Assembly: GCF_020745735.1 (NCBI RefSeq)
Contig: NC_083416.1
Location: 76,905,131-76,969,130, forward strand
Length of the DNA stretch: 64,000 nucleotides
Origin: Hemiscyllium ocellatum
Lineage: Eukaryota
Direction: 5' to 3'
In this document: positions 11,606 to 23,537 of the stretch, in pieces
How the letters are laid out: every line of letters starts with the position of its first letter
Position numbering within the stretch: position 1 is the stretch's first letter
Made by a program: the position numbers and the translations under genes
The notes under the pieces: generated by a model
What the model was told of the DNA's origin: nothing
The model's database searches: none
What the model saw: the letters and a program-made list of their open reading frames with translations, nothing else

Positions 11606-12879
11606 TATCCCAGTTGACGTGTCTTAATTTGATCTGTACGCTCTTTTGCACAAGTTTATGAGAGTAGTAGCAAGGAATTCCACTGACTGACAACCCTCTG
11701 GAAGAATAAATTCCTCCTCACCTCAGTCTTAAATTGGTCCCTCTTTATTCTGAGGCTATGCTTTCTGCATCAAAATCCTGGAGTTCCCTCCCTATGGACA
11801 TTGTGGGTCTACCTACAGCACATGGATTGTGGTGGTTCAAGGCAGCTCACCAACACTCGCCAAAGGGCAACTCGGGATGGACAATAAATGCTGACCCAGC
11901 TGGTGACATACATGTCCCGTGAGTGAATAAAGAAGAACAACACCAAAAAAAGCAGACAGTAGATTTAGTCAGGATGTTTACGTTTATGTAGAGGTTAGAT
12001 TGCGTAACTGGAGAGGAGGTGCAGCCAAGAACTGAAGGGTTGATAACCAAATGGGACAAATCACAGGTGACTGGTAAATCAGCTAGTGACTAGTTAGGAC
12101 CTGGGGACATTACCTGGCAATGTGATGGATATTGGGTCATTCTTAAATTCTTAATCTCGCATGGACTTAAGGGGTACAGAGAGAGTGCGGGTAAGTGGCG
12201 TTGAAATGCCCATCAGACATGATGGAATGGCAGAATGGACTCGATGAACTGAATGGCCTTACTTCCACTCCTATTTTTTATGGTCTTATTTGTGGTTTTA
12301 AAAGGGAATTGAGAAATATCTGAACGAGAAGGGAAATTACAGTGGCGCGAGAGAGAGTATCAACTCAGTGTGGCCAAATAACCTCCTCTGTGCTGCACAA
12401 GGATTATCTGAAATAGTGCAGTGTGCAAACGCTCTGAGCTTTCGTTGTGGGTTTTGTACTTGGGTCTTCAGAGTGAGGCGTGAGCTGAGAGAACCGGCCG
12501 CAGTGAAGGGCACATTTCCCATGTCAGGGGACTGAGAGTTGACTCAGGAATTAATACTCACAAGAATACGCTCCAGGCAAAAGAAGCAGAGGAGCAAGGA
12601 GTTTCCAAAGAGCCAGTTTTGGCTGAAGGGCCACAAGGTCTCCTGCTGTTCTCAATGATTCCAACACATTCTCAATTTAAACCTCTCTTCAGCACTTACA
12701 CTCACCAACATGTTAATTTGATATCCACGTTGTAGCCCCTTTTTACTGCATGATCTCTAATTTTGTTCAGAGGTCTGTTGTGCTGCACATTATCAGATGT
12801 GTTTGGAAATCCATTTCTGCCACATATTACCCTTAACAATGCCTTCTGTTGCTAGGTATTGGAGAAAGATGCAAAAAAG

Positions 12880-13100
12880 ACATCAAGGTGAACTTTTTAA
12901 CGCAGAAAGAGGAATGAACTTCCTGATGAAGTGGTGGATGCAGGTTCGGTTATAACGTTTAAAAACATTTGGATAAGTACATGAAGAGGAAAGGTTTGGA
13001 GGGATATGGGTCAGGAGCAGGCAGCTGGGACTAGTTTAGTTTGGGATTATGGACCAGTTGGACTGAATGGTCTGTTTCTGTGCTGTATGCCTCTGTAAGT
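12880..13100 (+). mobile_element. CR1 3' fragment
   Basis: gaagtggtggatgcaggt...tttaaaaacatttggataagtacatg...ggtttggagggatatggg...tttctgtgctgtatg. Confidence 0.7.
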
Positions 13101-13477
13101 CTTAAGGGCAAACTCCTTAACCCAGTTTCCACTTACTTATCCTACTTCTGCTCATACTGACCCTTTTGTCGGAATTGATAATATCTGGGAAAAAGCGATA
13201 TTTATCTGATGGCAAGGGATGGGGGGGTGATGGAGACAGAGCTCAGAGAGTGCAGGAGACAGAGCGGTTGTTAATATTTGATAAAATGCAATCAATCTCA
13301 GCTTTGAACTTTGACTGTGCTCGAGTGTCCACACGCTGCAGCAGAGAGAAAGTTTTAAAGTATGAAAGATGAGGGAGTGGAGAGGAGAGCAATGAAAGGA
13401 ATTACAAGTGGCTTCACTTAATGATGTCTTATTGATCAGAGAAATATTCAGCCCCTCCAGCCTTCAAAGTTTGGGAG

Positions 13478-14523
13478 AAGATTTGTAGCTCGGGTGCTCG
13501 TTGTTTTGGTTCTGTTCGCCGAGCTGGGAATTTGTGTTGCAGACGTTTCGTCCCCTGTCTGGGTGACATCCTCAGTGCTTGGGAGCCTCCTGTGAAGCGC
13601 TTCTGTGATCTTTCCTCCAGCATTTATAGTGGTTTGAATCTGCCGCTTCCGGTTGTCTGTTCCAGCTGTCCGCTGCAGTGGCCGGTATATTATCCAGGTC
13701 GATGTGTTTGTTGATTGAATCTGTGGATGAGTGCCATGCCTCTAGGAATTCCCTCGCTGTTCTCTGTTTGGTTTGTCCTATAATAGTAGTGTTGTCCCAG
13801 TCGAATTAATGTTGCTTGTCATCTGCGTGTGTGGCTACTAAGGATAGGTGGTCGTGTCGTTTCGTGGCTAGTTGGTGTTCATGGATGCAGATCGTTAGCT
13901 GTCTTCCTGTTTGTCCTATGTAGTGTTTTGTGCAGTTCCTGCATGGGATTTTGTACACCACATTGATTTTGCTCATGCTGGGTATCGGGTCCTTCGTTCT
14001 GGTGAGTTGTTGTCTGAGAGTGGCTGTTGGTTTGCGTGCTGTTATGAGTCCTAGTGGTCGCAGTAGTCTGGCTGTCAGTTCAGAAATGCTCCTGATGTAT
14101 GGTAGTGTGGCTAGTCCTTTGGGTTGTGGCATGTTCTTGTTCTGTTGTCTTTCCCTTAGGCATCTGTTGATGAAATTGCGAAGGTATCTGTTTTTGGTGA
14201 ATACCTTGTATAGGTGTTCTTCTTCCTCTTTTTGCAGTTCTGGTGTACTGCAGTGTGTTGTGGCCCTTTTGAACAGTGTCTTGATGCAACTTCTTTTGTG
14301 TGTGTTAGGGTGACTGCTTTCATAGTAATAGTGCCGTTTCATCGAATGAGACCATGGTTTCTTCCTTGTCCATGTGTATATTTCTGATGATGTCCAAGAA
14401 TTCCTGTGTTGACTGTATAGAGTGTCTGGATCCGCTGATCAGGTGTTTCAGTTTCTGCTGTAGCTCTTTAGCCAGTTTGTGTGATGGTGTCCCTGGTAGT
14501 AACACTATGGGTCTGAGTGGGAT
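13478..14523 (-). mobile_element. Penelope/Poseidon-type retroelement (family C), 5'-truncated and internally deleted
   Basis: RT N-part (SRHSIQSTQEFLDIIRNI...ETMVSFD), thumb (ESSHPNTHKRSCIKTLFKRA), GIY-YIG (NVVYKIPCRNCTKHYIGQTGRQL...HEHQLA) with no Cys linker. Confidence 0.9.
13539..13578 (-). ncRNA. Minimal hammerhead ribozyme motif, family C
   Basis: gca CUGAGGA U GUC-acccagacaggg-GAC GAAA CG UC ugc. Confidence 0.65.
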
Positions 14524-14722
14524 CCCAAGGGGAGGAGTGGGGGGGAGGAGCGGGGGGGGGGATGTTGGTGGGGGGAGGAGTGGGGAGGGAGTGGGGGGGG
14601 AAGTTGGTGGGGGGAGGAGTGGGGAGGGAGTGGGGGGGAAGTGGGGGGGAGGAGTGGGGGGGGAAGTTGGTGGGGGGAGGAGTGGGGAGGGAGTGGGCGG
14701 AGGAGTGGGGGGGAGTGGGGGT
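14524..14722 (+). repeat. Very G-rich low-complexity tandem repeat (about 38-nt unit ggtggggggaggagtggggagggagtggggggggaagtt)
   Basis: Near-pure G/A run with 3-5 recurring units. Confidence 0.85.
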
Positions 14723-15849
14723 GCAGGTCACAATGTAAAAGTTCAAGCCCCAGGTCATTCAGGTGTGAGGTCAGGGAGAACTCTGTCATCACAATCGGGA
14801 GCAAAAGGCTGTTGAGTCGATTATAACGGGTCTAATAATCAATTGTTCATCAGGGATTGGCAAACTCAGGATTAGTTCATTTAAAAACAGTAATCAGCCG
14901 ACTAACTGCCTGGTAGAGTCACAGTGTTTTATACACAGCACATGGACTCTTAAAGGTGAGGTCTCTTAAAGGCATGGGTCATGTACAACAGAAATCTGGA
15001 ACTTGCCTTCTGCTGCAGCATGTGGGCACTCGAGCATAATCAAAGTTCAAAACTGAGATTGATCGTATTTGACCAACTATTAACAATCCCTCTGTCTCTC
15101 ACGGTCTCTGAGCTCTGTCTCCATCACCTGCACACCCTTTCTGTCAAGATAAATACTGCTTTTTCCCAGATGCTATCAGTTTTGACAAAGGGTCACTGGA
15201 CTCAGAACATTAACTCTGAGTTTCTCCAGCACTTTCTGTGTTCGTTTCCGATTTCCATTATCCACAGTTCTTTGTTTCATATCACTGAGTGCGATTCCTG
15301 TGGTTAAGCTTATTAAGAGATGTAAAGCCAAGGCAGATAAATGTAGCTAGGATGTGGATTGATCTGGCACTGATCTGTCGGGATGCTAGAACTGCCTCAA
15401 TGGGCTGAATGGCCTGCTCCTGTCCCTCTATTAATTGTCATTAAGCCTCACACCATTGCACAGAAATAATATTTTCCAGTGAAAAGAGGATGTGAAAACA
15501 CAAGTAAAAGACACACTTCTGAATGGTAAAAAGAAATTAAGAAAATGTTGGCTGTAGAGTGTTCATGGTATTTTAGTCAGAGAGGAAACATCTGTTTCTT
15601 GGGGACAAGTTTCATATATAGTGTTCTTTGAAGGAAGCCGTATGGACCAGAAAAGGTGCTATTCTGCAGAAGTAAATTACGTCAAGTTTACAGCAAGTAT
15701 CTTACACCCAGCCTTAACTAGGTTTTAGTGGAAATATATTGAATTATCAATGTGAGAACACACCTAGGGGTGTAGATATTGCTGGCTAGAGCAGCATTTG
15801 TTGCCTATCCCTCTGACTAGCACTTATTTCCAGACTCGTATGTTCATAT

Positions 15850-16185
15850 CTGATTGGAACGTATAAAATTCTAACAAGGCTGGACAGGCTGATGCAGGGA
15901 GGACGTTTCCCCTCAGGGGGTGTGGGGGAGTCTAGAACCAGGGGACATGATGCGAGGGAGATCATTTTGGACTGAAATGAGGAACACTGTCTTCATTCAC
16001 GGAGCTCTGAACCTGCAGAATTCTCCACCTGTGGCGTCACTGAATGTTATCAAGAAAGAAATAGAATTAAAAGACATCAAGGGGTTATCAGTGGATAGTG
16101 GGAATATGACAATGAGGTAGTGAACCAGCCATGATCATCTGGATGGTAAGGTGTGAAGGACCAAATCATCTCCTGCTGCTTGTGG
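15850..16185 (+). mobile_element. CR1 3' fragment, degenerate
   Basis: tataaaattctaacaaggctggacagg...gagtctagaaccagggg...cagccatgatcat. Confidence 0.65.
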
Positions 16186-16574
16186 TCTTTGTTTTGCTGA
16201 AAATCTATCCACTTCAGTTTGGAAATGGACAATGAGTCATTCCCATCTTATCCAAGGAGAGTTCCTGCACATGTCTCCTTCACCACGAAGTGCCAGTAAA
16301 TAATCGAAAGATGGCAGGTGGGTGCTGTGTCAACTCATGAGAATAATAACAGGCCTGAAAGGGTCAATTATGGAGAAGCTAGCCTGGGCTAGCCTGGTAT
16401 TCCCCTGAGTTACGAAAGCTGGAGGGTGGCCTTATTCAAGCTGCTTGAAACAATGACAAAGATTCGGTGGCCCAGGCATGGAGAAAGTATTTCCTCTGGT
16501 TGGAGAGGCCCAGAATATGAAAACAGATTATTTAGGAATACATCTCAAACAATGTGTGAAGAAATCTGGGATCA

Positions 16575-16690
16575 GGCATAAGCCCGAAACATCGAATCTC
16601 CTGTTCCTTGGATGCTGCCTGACCTGCTGCGCTTTTCCAGCAACACATTTTCAGCTCTGATCTCCAGCATCTGCAGTCCTCACTTTCTCT
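16575..16690 (+). mobile_element. Penelope family A 3' tail
   Basis: gcccgaaacatcgaatctcctgttccttggatgctgcctgacctgctgcgcttttccagcaacac...ctcactttctc. Confidence 0.85.
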
Positions 16691-17735
16691 GTCTCAGGAT
16701 ATGAGTTCTATTCAGCACTATAAACTAGACAGCCCCTACTTTGAGATGGCTACATCTCTGTCTTTATATTACCTGAGTGTGACTATTGTCCACTAAGCTC
16801 TGTGCAAACGGACTGATGTAAACAATACCACTTACTGATACGCATGCTCCACTCCCCTCTCTTCTCAGGCTGTTAATAACATGCCTTTAGATAACAGTTA
16901 CATCATTGTCTTATTCACACATTCCTTCACTGTCACTGGGTCAAAATCCTGGAATTCCCTACTGAAGGGCATTGTGGGTAAACCTACAGCACATGGACTA
17001 CAGCGGTTCAAGGAGGCAGCTCACCCCCACTTTCTCAAGGGGCAACTAAGGATGGACGATAAATAAAAGCCAGCAATGTCCATATCCCACGAGTGAATTT
17101 TAGAAGATAATTCCCAGCAAAAGACATAATTGATTGTGGGACTGACTCAAGGGGCCTTACGTATTTGTGTTAGTCCCAGAAGAGATCAATAATCAGTTGA
17201 ACAGGTGTCCAGAGAACCTTTTGGAAAATACATGAATTCAGGATAAAAATGCAGCATCAGGTTTGACTGTGCAGTATTCTGGGCTGCTCAAATCCAGGTG
17301 TGTTTCAGGTGATTGAAGGATTTATAGGCAGAGGGAAATTAATTCTTCTGTGGGAATTCCCGATCACAGGGAATTTACCGGAGAAATAGAGCAAACTCGG
17401 AAACTGTCAATCACACAATGAATGGTTAGAAATCTGGAACTCTTTCACTTGAGAAAGTGCAGAGGATAGTCTCTGAGGTTGAGAGGGCACTTTTAAACAG
17501 AAAGAGTTTGAGCCCAGAGTTTGAGCATGGGGTCTCTATAAACCACTGCTTTAAAGGATAGTAAAGGTGAAAATTATCCCACAATTTAAGACGTTTGTTG
17601 ATGAGCACTTGAAGGATAGTGTGAGAGAGGGAAAGAAAATAAATTCTCAATGAGGGTCATGTGTCTTTGGAATTCTCTTCTTCAAAAGGTAATGGATGTT
17701 GAATCTTTAAGTATGTTTAAGGCAGAGGTGGGTAG

Positions 17736-18015
17736 ATTAGATTAGATTCCCTTCAGGTCATATGGCCCAACCAATCCACACCAACCCTCCAAAGAGTAAC
17801 CCACCCAGACCCATTTCCCTCTGACTAATGCACCCATCACTATGGGCAATTTAGCGTGGCCAATTCGCCGAATCAATACATCTTTGGACTGTGGGAAGAA
17901 ACTGGAGCGCCCGAAGCAAACCCACGCAGCCACGGGGAGAATGTGCAAACTCCACAGACAGTCACCCGAGGCTGGAATCGAACCCGGGTCCCTGGCGCTG
18001 AGAGCCAGCGTGCCA
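17736..18015 (-). mobile_element. HE1-like V-SINE
   Basis: TTAGA tail, V domain, B box ggttcgattcc on minus strand. Confidence 0.85.
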
Positions 18016-18394
18016 CCCCTCAGATGTCCAAGGGGATAAACGTTTTTATGTAGGACTGTAGATCTGAGGTTAAAATCAGATCAGCCATGAGGTTAGTGAA
18101 TGGTGGAGCAGGCTCGAAGGATTGAGTGGCCTAATTGTCTTCCTTCCTTGAATATTGGGATCAGAGCAGATAGGTCCAGAGTGGACAGGATGGACCGAAG
18201 AGCTTATTTCCATGCTATAATACTCAATGATTGAAAATATATAACTGAAGGTTATTGGTTTTTATTTCTTGAACAATCGCGCAGATGGATGAAGTTAAGA
18301 TAGAAGCCTAACTGAACAGATCTTCGCAAAAACTTTTAACTGAACAGACCTGAAAGGCTTATGTGTATTCCTGCTGCTCCTATTCCTCCATGAC

Positions 18395-18660
18395 ATTGTG
18401 GCTCAGTGGTCAGCACTGCTGCCTCACAACACCAGGAAGCCCGGTTTGATTCCAGCCTCGGGTGACTGTCTGTATGGAGTTTGCACATTCTACCCCCTGT
18501 CCGGGTGCGCCAGTTTTCCCCCACAGTCAAAAGACATGCAGGTTAGGGTGGATTGGCCATGGGAAATGCAGGGTTGCAGGGATAGGGTGGGATGCTCTTT
18601 GGAGGGTCAGTGTAAACACGATGGGCTGAATGGCCTGCTTCCACCCTGTAGGGATTCAAT
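18395..18660 (+). mobile_element. HE1-like V-SINE
   Basis: tggctcagtgg A box, ggtttgattcc B box, V domain. Confidence 0.82.
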
Positions 18661-19032
18661 GGCTGAGGAAGCTAGAGATGTTCACCTGACAGTAGAGAGG
18701 GTTACAGTGAGCTTTAATTGATTCAAAATTGTGACTTTTTTTTAAGAATAAATAAGGAGAGACTGTTCCCAGTGGCAAGATTGTCAAAGACCATTTGGGG
18801 GCAGAACATTGGAAGATCCAACTCAGCACGATCTGAGTGAATGGCAAGAACCGATTCCAGGAAGGTGACTAGCCTCTTCCTGTTCCTATCTTTTTGGTTC
18901 CTGAGCTGTTACATAAACTTGCCAGGATTCATTTACACACAGGCCTTTACTTGATCAAAAAGCAGATCTTCAAAGTTCTGAAATCAAACACCAAACAGAT
19001 CCGGTCTGTGGGTTTTTTTTTGTTCACTTAAA

Positions 19033-19162
19033 CCAATTCAGGAAGTTCTGGTTTTGGGGACTTTCTGCTCCAGTCAGTTGCTAGGTGATATGTTTGCTGC
19101 CTCTAGGTTTTAATGGAAGAGGTATGCAGAAATTGTCATTACCCTCCCACACGGAAAATCCC
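19033..19162 (-). promoter_or_regulatory. Candidate distal X-Y-like / NF-kB module
   Basis: X1-like CCTAGCAACTG (19085-19075), ATTGG (19037-19033), CAGGAAGT (19039-19046), GGGGACTTTC (19056-19065) and perfect kB GGGATTTTCC (19162-19153). Confidence 0.3.
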
Positions 19163-19599
19163 TGAGTGGATTATCCACCTCAGAGAACCGTGTTCCCACA
19201 GTCGCGGCAGATAGAGGCCATTTGGCACCTTGTATCCAAGCCAACTCTCTGTAGGTCAATGCCACTCCCTTCCTTTCTGCTCTCAGTTCCAAAGTTCCTC
19301 CCTCCTACAGCTACTTTTCCAATTCCTTTTCCAAGGATCCTGCTCAGCCACCTTTACAATCGGGATTATCACAATTGCCACGTGTAATCTCTGCTACAAT
19401 AAGCAGCTGAGGTTAAAAACATTGAATATTTTCAAGACGGAGGTCTCAGGGCTAAAGGGTCTGGTCATTATTGGTGATGCCACCCTTCAGTTGTGATAAA
19501 CCTCTCATGTCACCACTGTCCAAACTTACTGGTGGACACAGAACACCCCACAGAACCTCGCAGAGAATCAGCTTTCCCTGGTGACCACACCATTTTTCT

Positions 19600-19760
19600 T
19601 TCTCTTCTGGGATGTGGATGGCACTGGCAAGGTAGTTACGATTTGTGGCCTATCCCTAATTGCCCTCAAACTCAGTGGCTTGCTCGGCCATTTCAGAGGG
19701 CTCTTAAGGAAGTACTGTGGGTCTGGAGTCACATATAGGCCACACCAAGTAAACGCAGTG
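19600..19760 (-). mobile_element. Deu-type SINE 3' half
   Basis: ccctaattgccct...ggccatttcagagggc...gtgggtctggagtcacatataggcc, the reverse complement of the Deu core; similar pieces at 3985-4110, 29160-29210, 44440-44760, 53425-53600 and 62170-62300. Confidence 0.7.
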
Positions 19761-19764
19761 AAAC

Positions 19765-20460
19765 ATAGAAACATGGAAAATAGGTTCAGGAGTAGGGCAT
19801 TCGAGCCTGCACCCCCATTCAATGTGATCATGGCTGATCATGCAATCTCAGTATCCCCACTCCCTCTTTCTTCCCATCCTCCTCAATCCCTTTAGCCACA
19901 AGGCCCATGTTCAGCTCCCTCCTGAATGTATCTAATGTACTGGCCCCAACAGCTTCCAATGGGAGAGAATTCCACAGGTTCACAACTCTCTAGTAAAGAA
20001 ATACTTCCTCATCTCAGCCCTGAATGGCTCACTTCTTATTCTTAGACTGTGACCCCTAGTCCTGGACTTCCCCAACATCGAGAAATTCTTTCTGCATCTA
20101 GCCTGTCCAGTCCCATCAGGATTTTATACGTTCCTATGAGATTCCCCCCTCATTCTTCTGAATTCCAGCAAATCCAAGCCCAGTTGATCCGGTCTTTACT
20201 CATGTATCAGTCCTGCCATCCCACGAATCAGTCCGGTGAACCTTCACTGGATTCTATCAATAGCAAGAATTGTCAAAAATAAGGATGGAGGATCACCGGG
20301 CTGATTCCTGGGGATTTAAAAATGTGTTGCTGGAAAAGTGCAGCAGGTCAGGCAGCATCAAAGGAGCAGGAGAATCGACGTTTCGGGCATAAGTCCTTCT
20401 TCATGAATGATTCCTGAAGAATCATTCCTGGAAATGGCAAGACTGACTAACGAAGAGAGA
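19765..20460 (-). mobile_element. CR1 LINE 3' end (catagaaa-tailed family) with a Penelope tail inserted at about 20318-20425
   Basis: Reverse complement of CR1 RT end; host gattcctgg sequence is repeated on both sides of the Penelope tail. Confidence 0.75.
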
Positions 20461-20619
20461 TTGGATCCATTAGGACTGCAGTGACTTTACTGCCAGTATG
20501 GCTGTTTCCACAATTACAAAATGATCGTCCATAGAGACTGGAAAGGCTAGAGAAAGCCAGCAGCCTACAGAGGCGGACAGCTGGTAACTGAGGAGTCTGG
20601 AAGCCCCACAGAGAAATGA

Positions 20620-20930
20620 GATTAGATTACTTACAGTGTGGAAACAGGCCTTTCGGCCCAACAAGTCCACACCAATCCTCCGAAGAGTAACCCACCCAAA
20701 CCTATTCCCCTCTGACGAATGCATCTAACACTATAGACAATTTAGCATGGCCAATTCACCTGACTGGCACATCTTTGGACTCTGGGAGGAAACCGGAGCA
20801 CCTGGAGGAAACCCAGGCAGACACGGGGAGAATGTGCAAAGTCTAGACAGACAGTAGCCCAAGGCTGAAATTGAACCCGGGTCCCTGGCACTGTGAGGCA
20901 GCAGTGCTAACCACTGAGTCACCGTGCCGT
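20620..20930 (-). mobile_element. HE1-like V-SINE
   Basis: TTAGA tail, V domain, tRNA-like head. Confidence 0.85.
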
Positions 20931-21287
20931 CCCGTGAGCCAACAACACTGTCAGGTTTGAGGTGGCTCGGGGAATTAAATGGGGGTGAACAGGCCAATGG
21001 TATCAGAAAGGGTCAGGATCGAACCAAAAGGAACTAAAAGGGAAGAAGTTAGCATGTGACTGTAAACAAAGGCAAGGAAAAGCTAAGGAATGTTTGAAAC
21101 AGCTGTTTACAGGATGCTTACCATAAGTGTCAGGTTACTTGCTTTGCAGTCTGAAATAGCAGCCAGTATCCTGTCACCAAGTCACACTTCATTTACACGT
21201 GATTTGGAGATACCGCTGTTGGACTGGGGTGTACAAAGTTAAAAATCACACAACACCAGGTTATCGTCCAACAAATTTAGTTGGAAG

Positions 21288-21322
21288 CACTAGCTTTCGG
21301 AGCGACGCTCCTTCATCAGGTG
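21288..21322 (-). ncRNA. Minimal hammerhead ribozyme motif, family B
   Basis: cac CUGAUGA A GGAGC-guc-GCUCC GAAA GC UA gug. Confidence 0.7.
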
Positions 21323-21763
21323 ATAGTGGAGGGCTCAATCCTAATACACAGAATTTATAGCAAAAATTTACAGTGTGATGTAACTGAAATTATACATTGA
21401 AAAATTGATTATCTGTTAAGCCTTTCATCTGTTAGAATACAGTAATAGTTTCACTTCTTTCATGTGTAAATCACAAAACCTTTTTTTATACAAAAAAGTT
21501 GCATTCACGGGTTAGCTGTTAACAATGGTGATAGCTGGACAATATGTTGAAGGTGTTAGTCCCCTGTGTTCTCTATGCCATGATGTTTAGATTGATTCTA
21601 ATCTAAAAAGTGAGATAATGGAGTTTTACATAAATTCATGCAGTTTTTGAGAAAGTACAATGTAACCCTGCAAGTACAAATTCATCTCACAAAATATATA
21701 TGTGCATGTGGGTCTTTGTCTGTGTGTGTCTGTCTGTCTGGGGTGGGGGTTGTGAGTGTGAGA

Positions 21764-21805
<42 letters not shown>

Positions 21806-23035
21806 TGAGTGCAGAGTGTCTTAAGTCTGTGAGGGGGTGCATGTGTGAGTGTGGGTGTGTGTGTGTCTGTAAGAGTGTGTGTGCACGTCTCTGTATATGT
21901 GTGTCCGTGTGTATGTGTGCCTGTGTGTGCGTGAGAGTGTGTGTGTGTAGGAGTATCTGTGTGTGTGTAGTGCAATGGTGGTCACTTGTAATGTGACATG
22001 AGCCCAAGGTCCCGGTTGAGGCCCTCCCTATGGGTACCGAACTTAGCTCTCAGCCTCTGCTTGGCCACTTTCCTCTGCTGCCTGTCCTGAAGTCCACCTT
22101 GGAGGATGGTCATCCAAAGGTCCGAGGCTGAATGTCCTGGACCACTGAAGTGTTCCCCAACTGGGAGGGTACACTCCTGTCTGTTGATTTTTGTGCGGTG
22201 CCCATTCATCCATTTTCGTAGCCTTTGCTCAGTTTCCCCAATGTACCATGCCCCTGGGCATCCCTGCCTGCAACATATAAGATAGACAACGTTGGCTGAG
22301 TCACATGCCATATACAAGGTGGGAGGTGTCCCCAGGCGTAATGGTGGTATCTATGTCCACACTCTGACACGTCTTGCAGCATCTACCGTGACAGGATTGT
22401 ATGGAGTTGTCCTGAGAGCCAGGCAGCTTGTACATGGTAGGTAGTCATGTGACTCAGCCAACATTGTCTATCTTACACATTGTAGGCAAGGATGCCGGGA
22501 GGCATGGTACATTGGGGAAACTGAGCAAAGGCTACGACAACGGATGAATGGGCACCGCACAACAATCAACAGACTGGATGGGTTCCCTCCCAGTTGGGAA
22601 CACTTCAGTGTCCGTGTCTTCAGTGGTCCAGGATATTCAGCCTTGGACCTTCGGGTGACCATCTTCCAAGATGGACTTCGGGACAGGCAGCAAAGCAAGG
22701 TGGCCGAGCAGAGGCTGATAGCTAAGATCGGTACCCATAGGGAGGGCCTCAACCGGGACCTTGGGTTCATGTCACATTACAGGTGATCACCATTGCACTA
22801 CACACACACAGATACTCCTACACACACACACACTCTCACACACACGCAGGCACTCCTATACATACATACACATGGACACACATACACACAGACGTGCACA
22901 CAGACATCCACACACACCATTACAGACACACACACTCCCACACTCACACATGCATTCCCTTACAGACTTAAGACACTCTGCACTCATTACACACACACAC
23001 ACATACACTTTCTCACATTCACAAACCCCAACCCA

Positions 23036-23070
<35 letters not shown>

Positions 23071-23502
23071 TAAAACCCACATGCACACATATATTTTGTG
23101 GGGTGAATTTGTACTTGCAGAGTTACATTGTACTTTGCTCAAAAACTGCATACATTCATGTAGAACTCTGAGCTCAAAAGCTGCTTGAATTTATGTAAAG
23201 CTCCATCATCTCACGTTTTAGATTAGAATCAATCTAAACATCAGGGCATAGACAGAGAACACAGGGGGCCAACACTTTCAACATATTGTCTAGCTTTCAC
23301 CATTGTTAACAGCTAATCCGAGAATACAACATTTTAATAAAAAAGGTTTTGTGATTTACACATAAAAGAAGTAAAACTATCACTGTATTCTAACAGATGA
23401 AAGGCTTAACAGACAATCAATTTTTCAATGTATAATTTCAGTTACATCACACTGTAAATTTTTGCTATAAATTCTGTGTGTTACGATCGAGCCCTCCACT
23501 AT

Positions 23503-23537
23503 CACCTGATGAAGGAGCATCGCTCCGAAAGCTAGTG
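23503..23537 (+). ncRNA. Minimal hammerhead ribozyme motif, family B
   Basis: cac CUGAUGA A GGAGC-auc-GCUCC GAAA GC UA gug. Confidence 0.7.

Noticed and set aside
14354-14826. Gly-rich and Pro-rich ORFs
   Set aside because: Translations of the G-rich low-complexity repeat.
21682-23188. His/Thr-rich and Cys/Val-rich ORFs
   Set aside because: Translations of (CA)n/(TG)n tracts in the Penelope 3' UTR.
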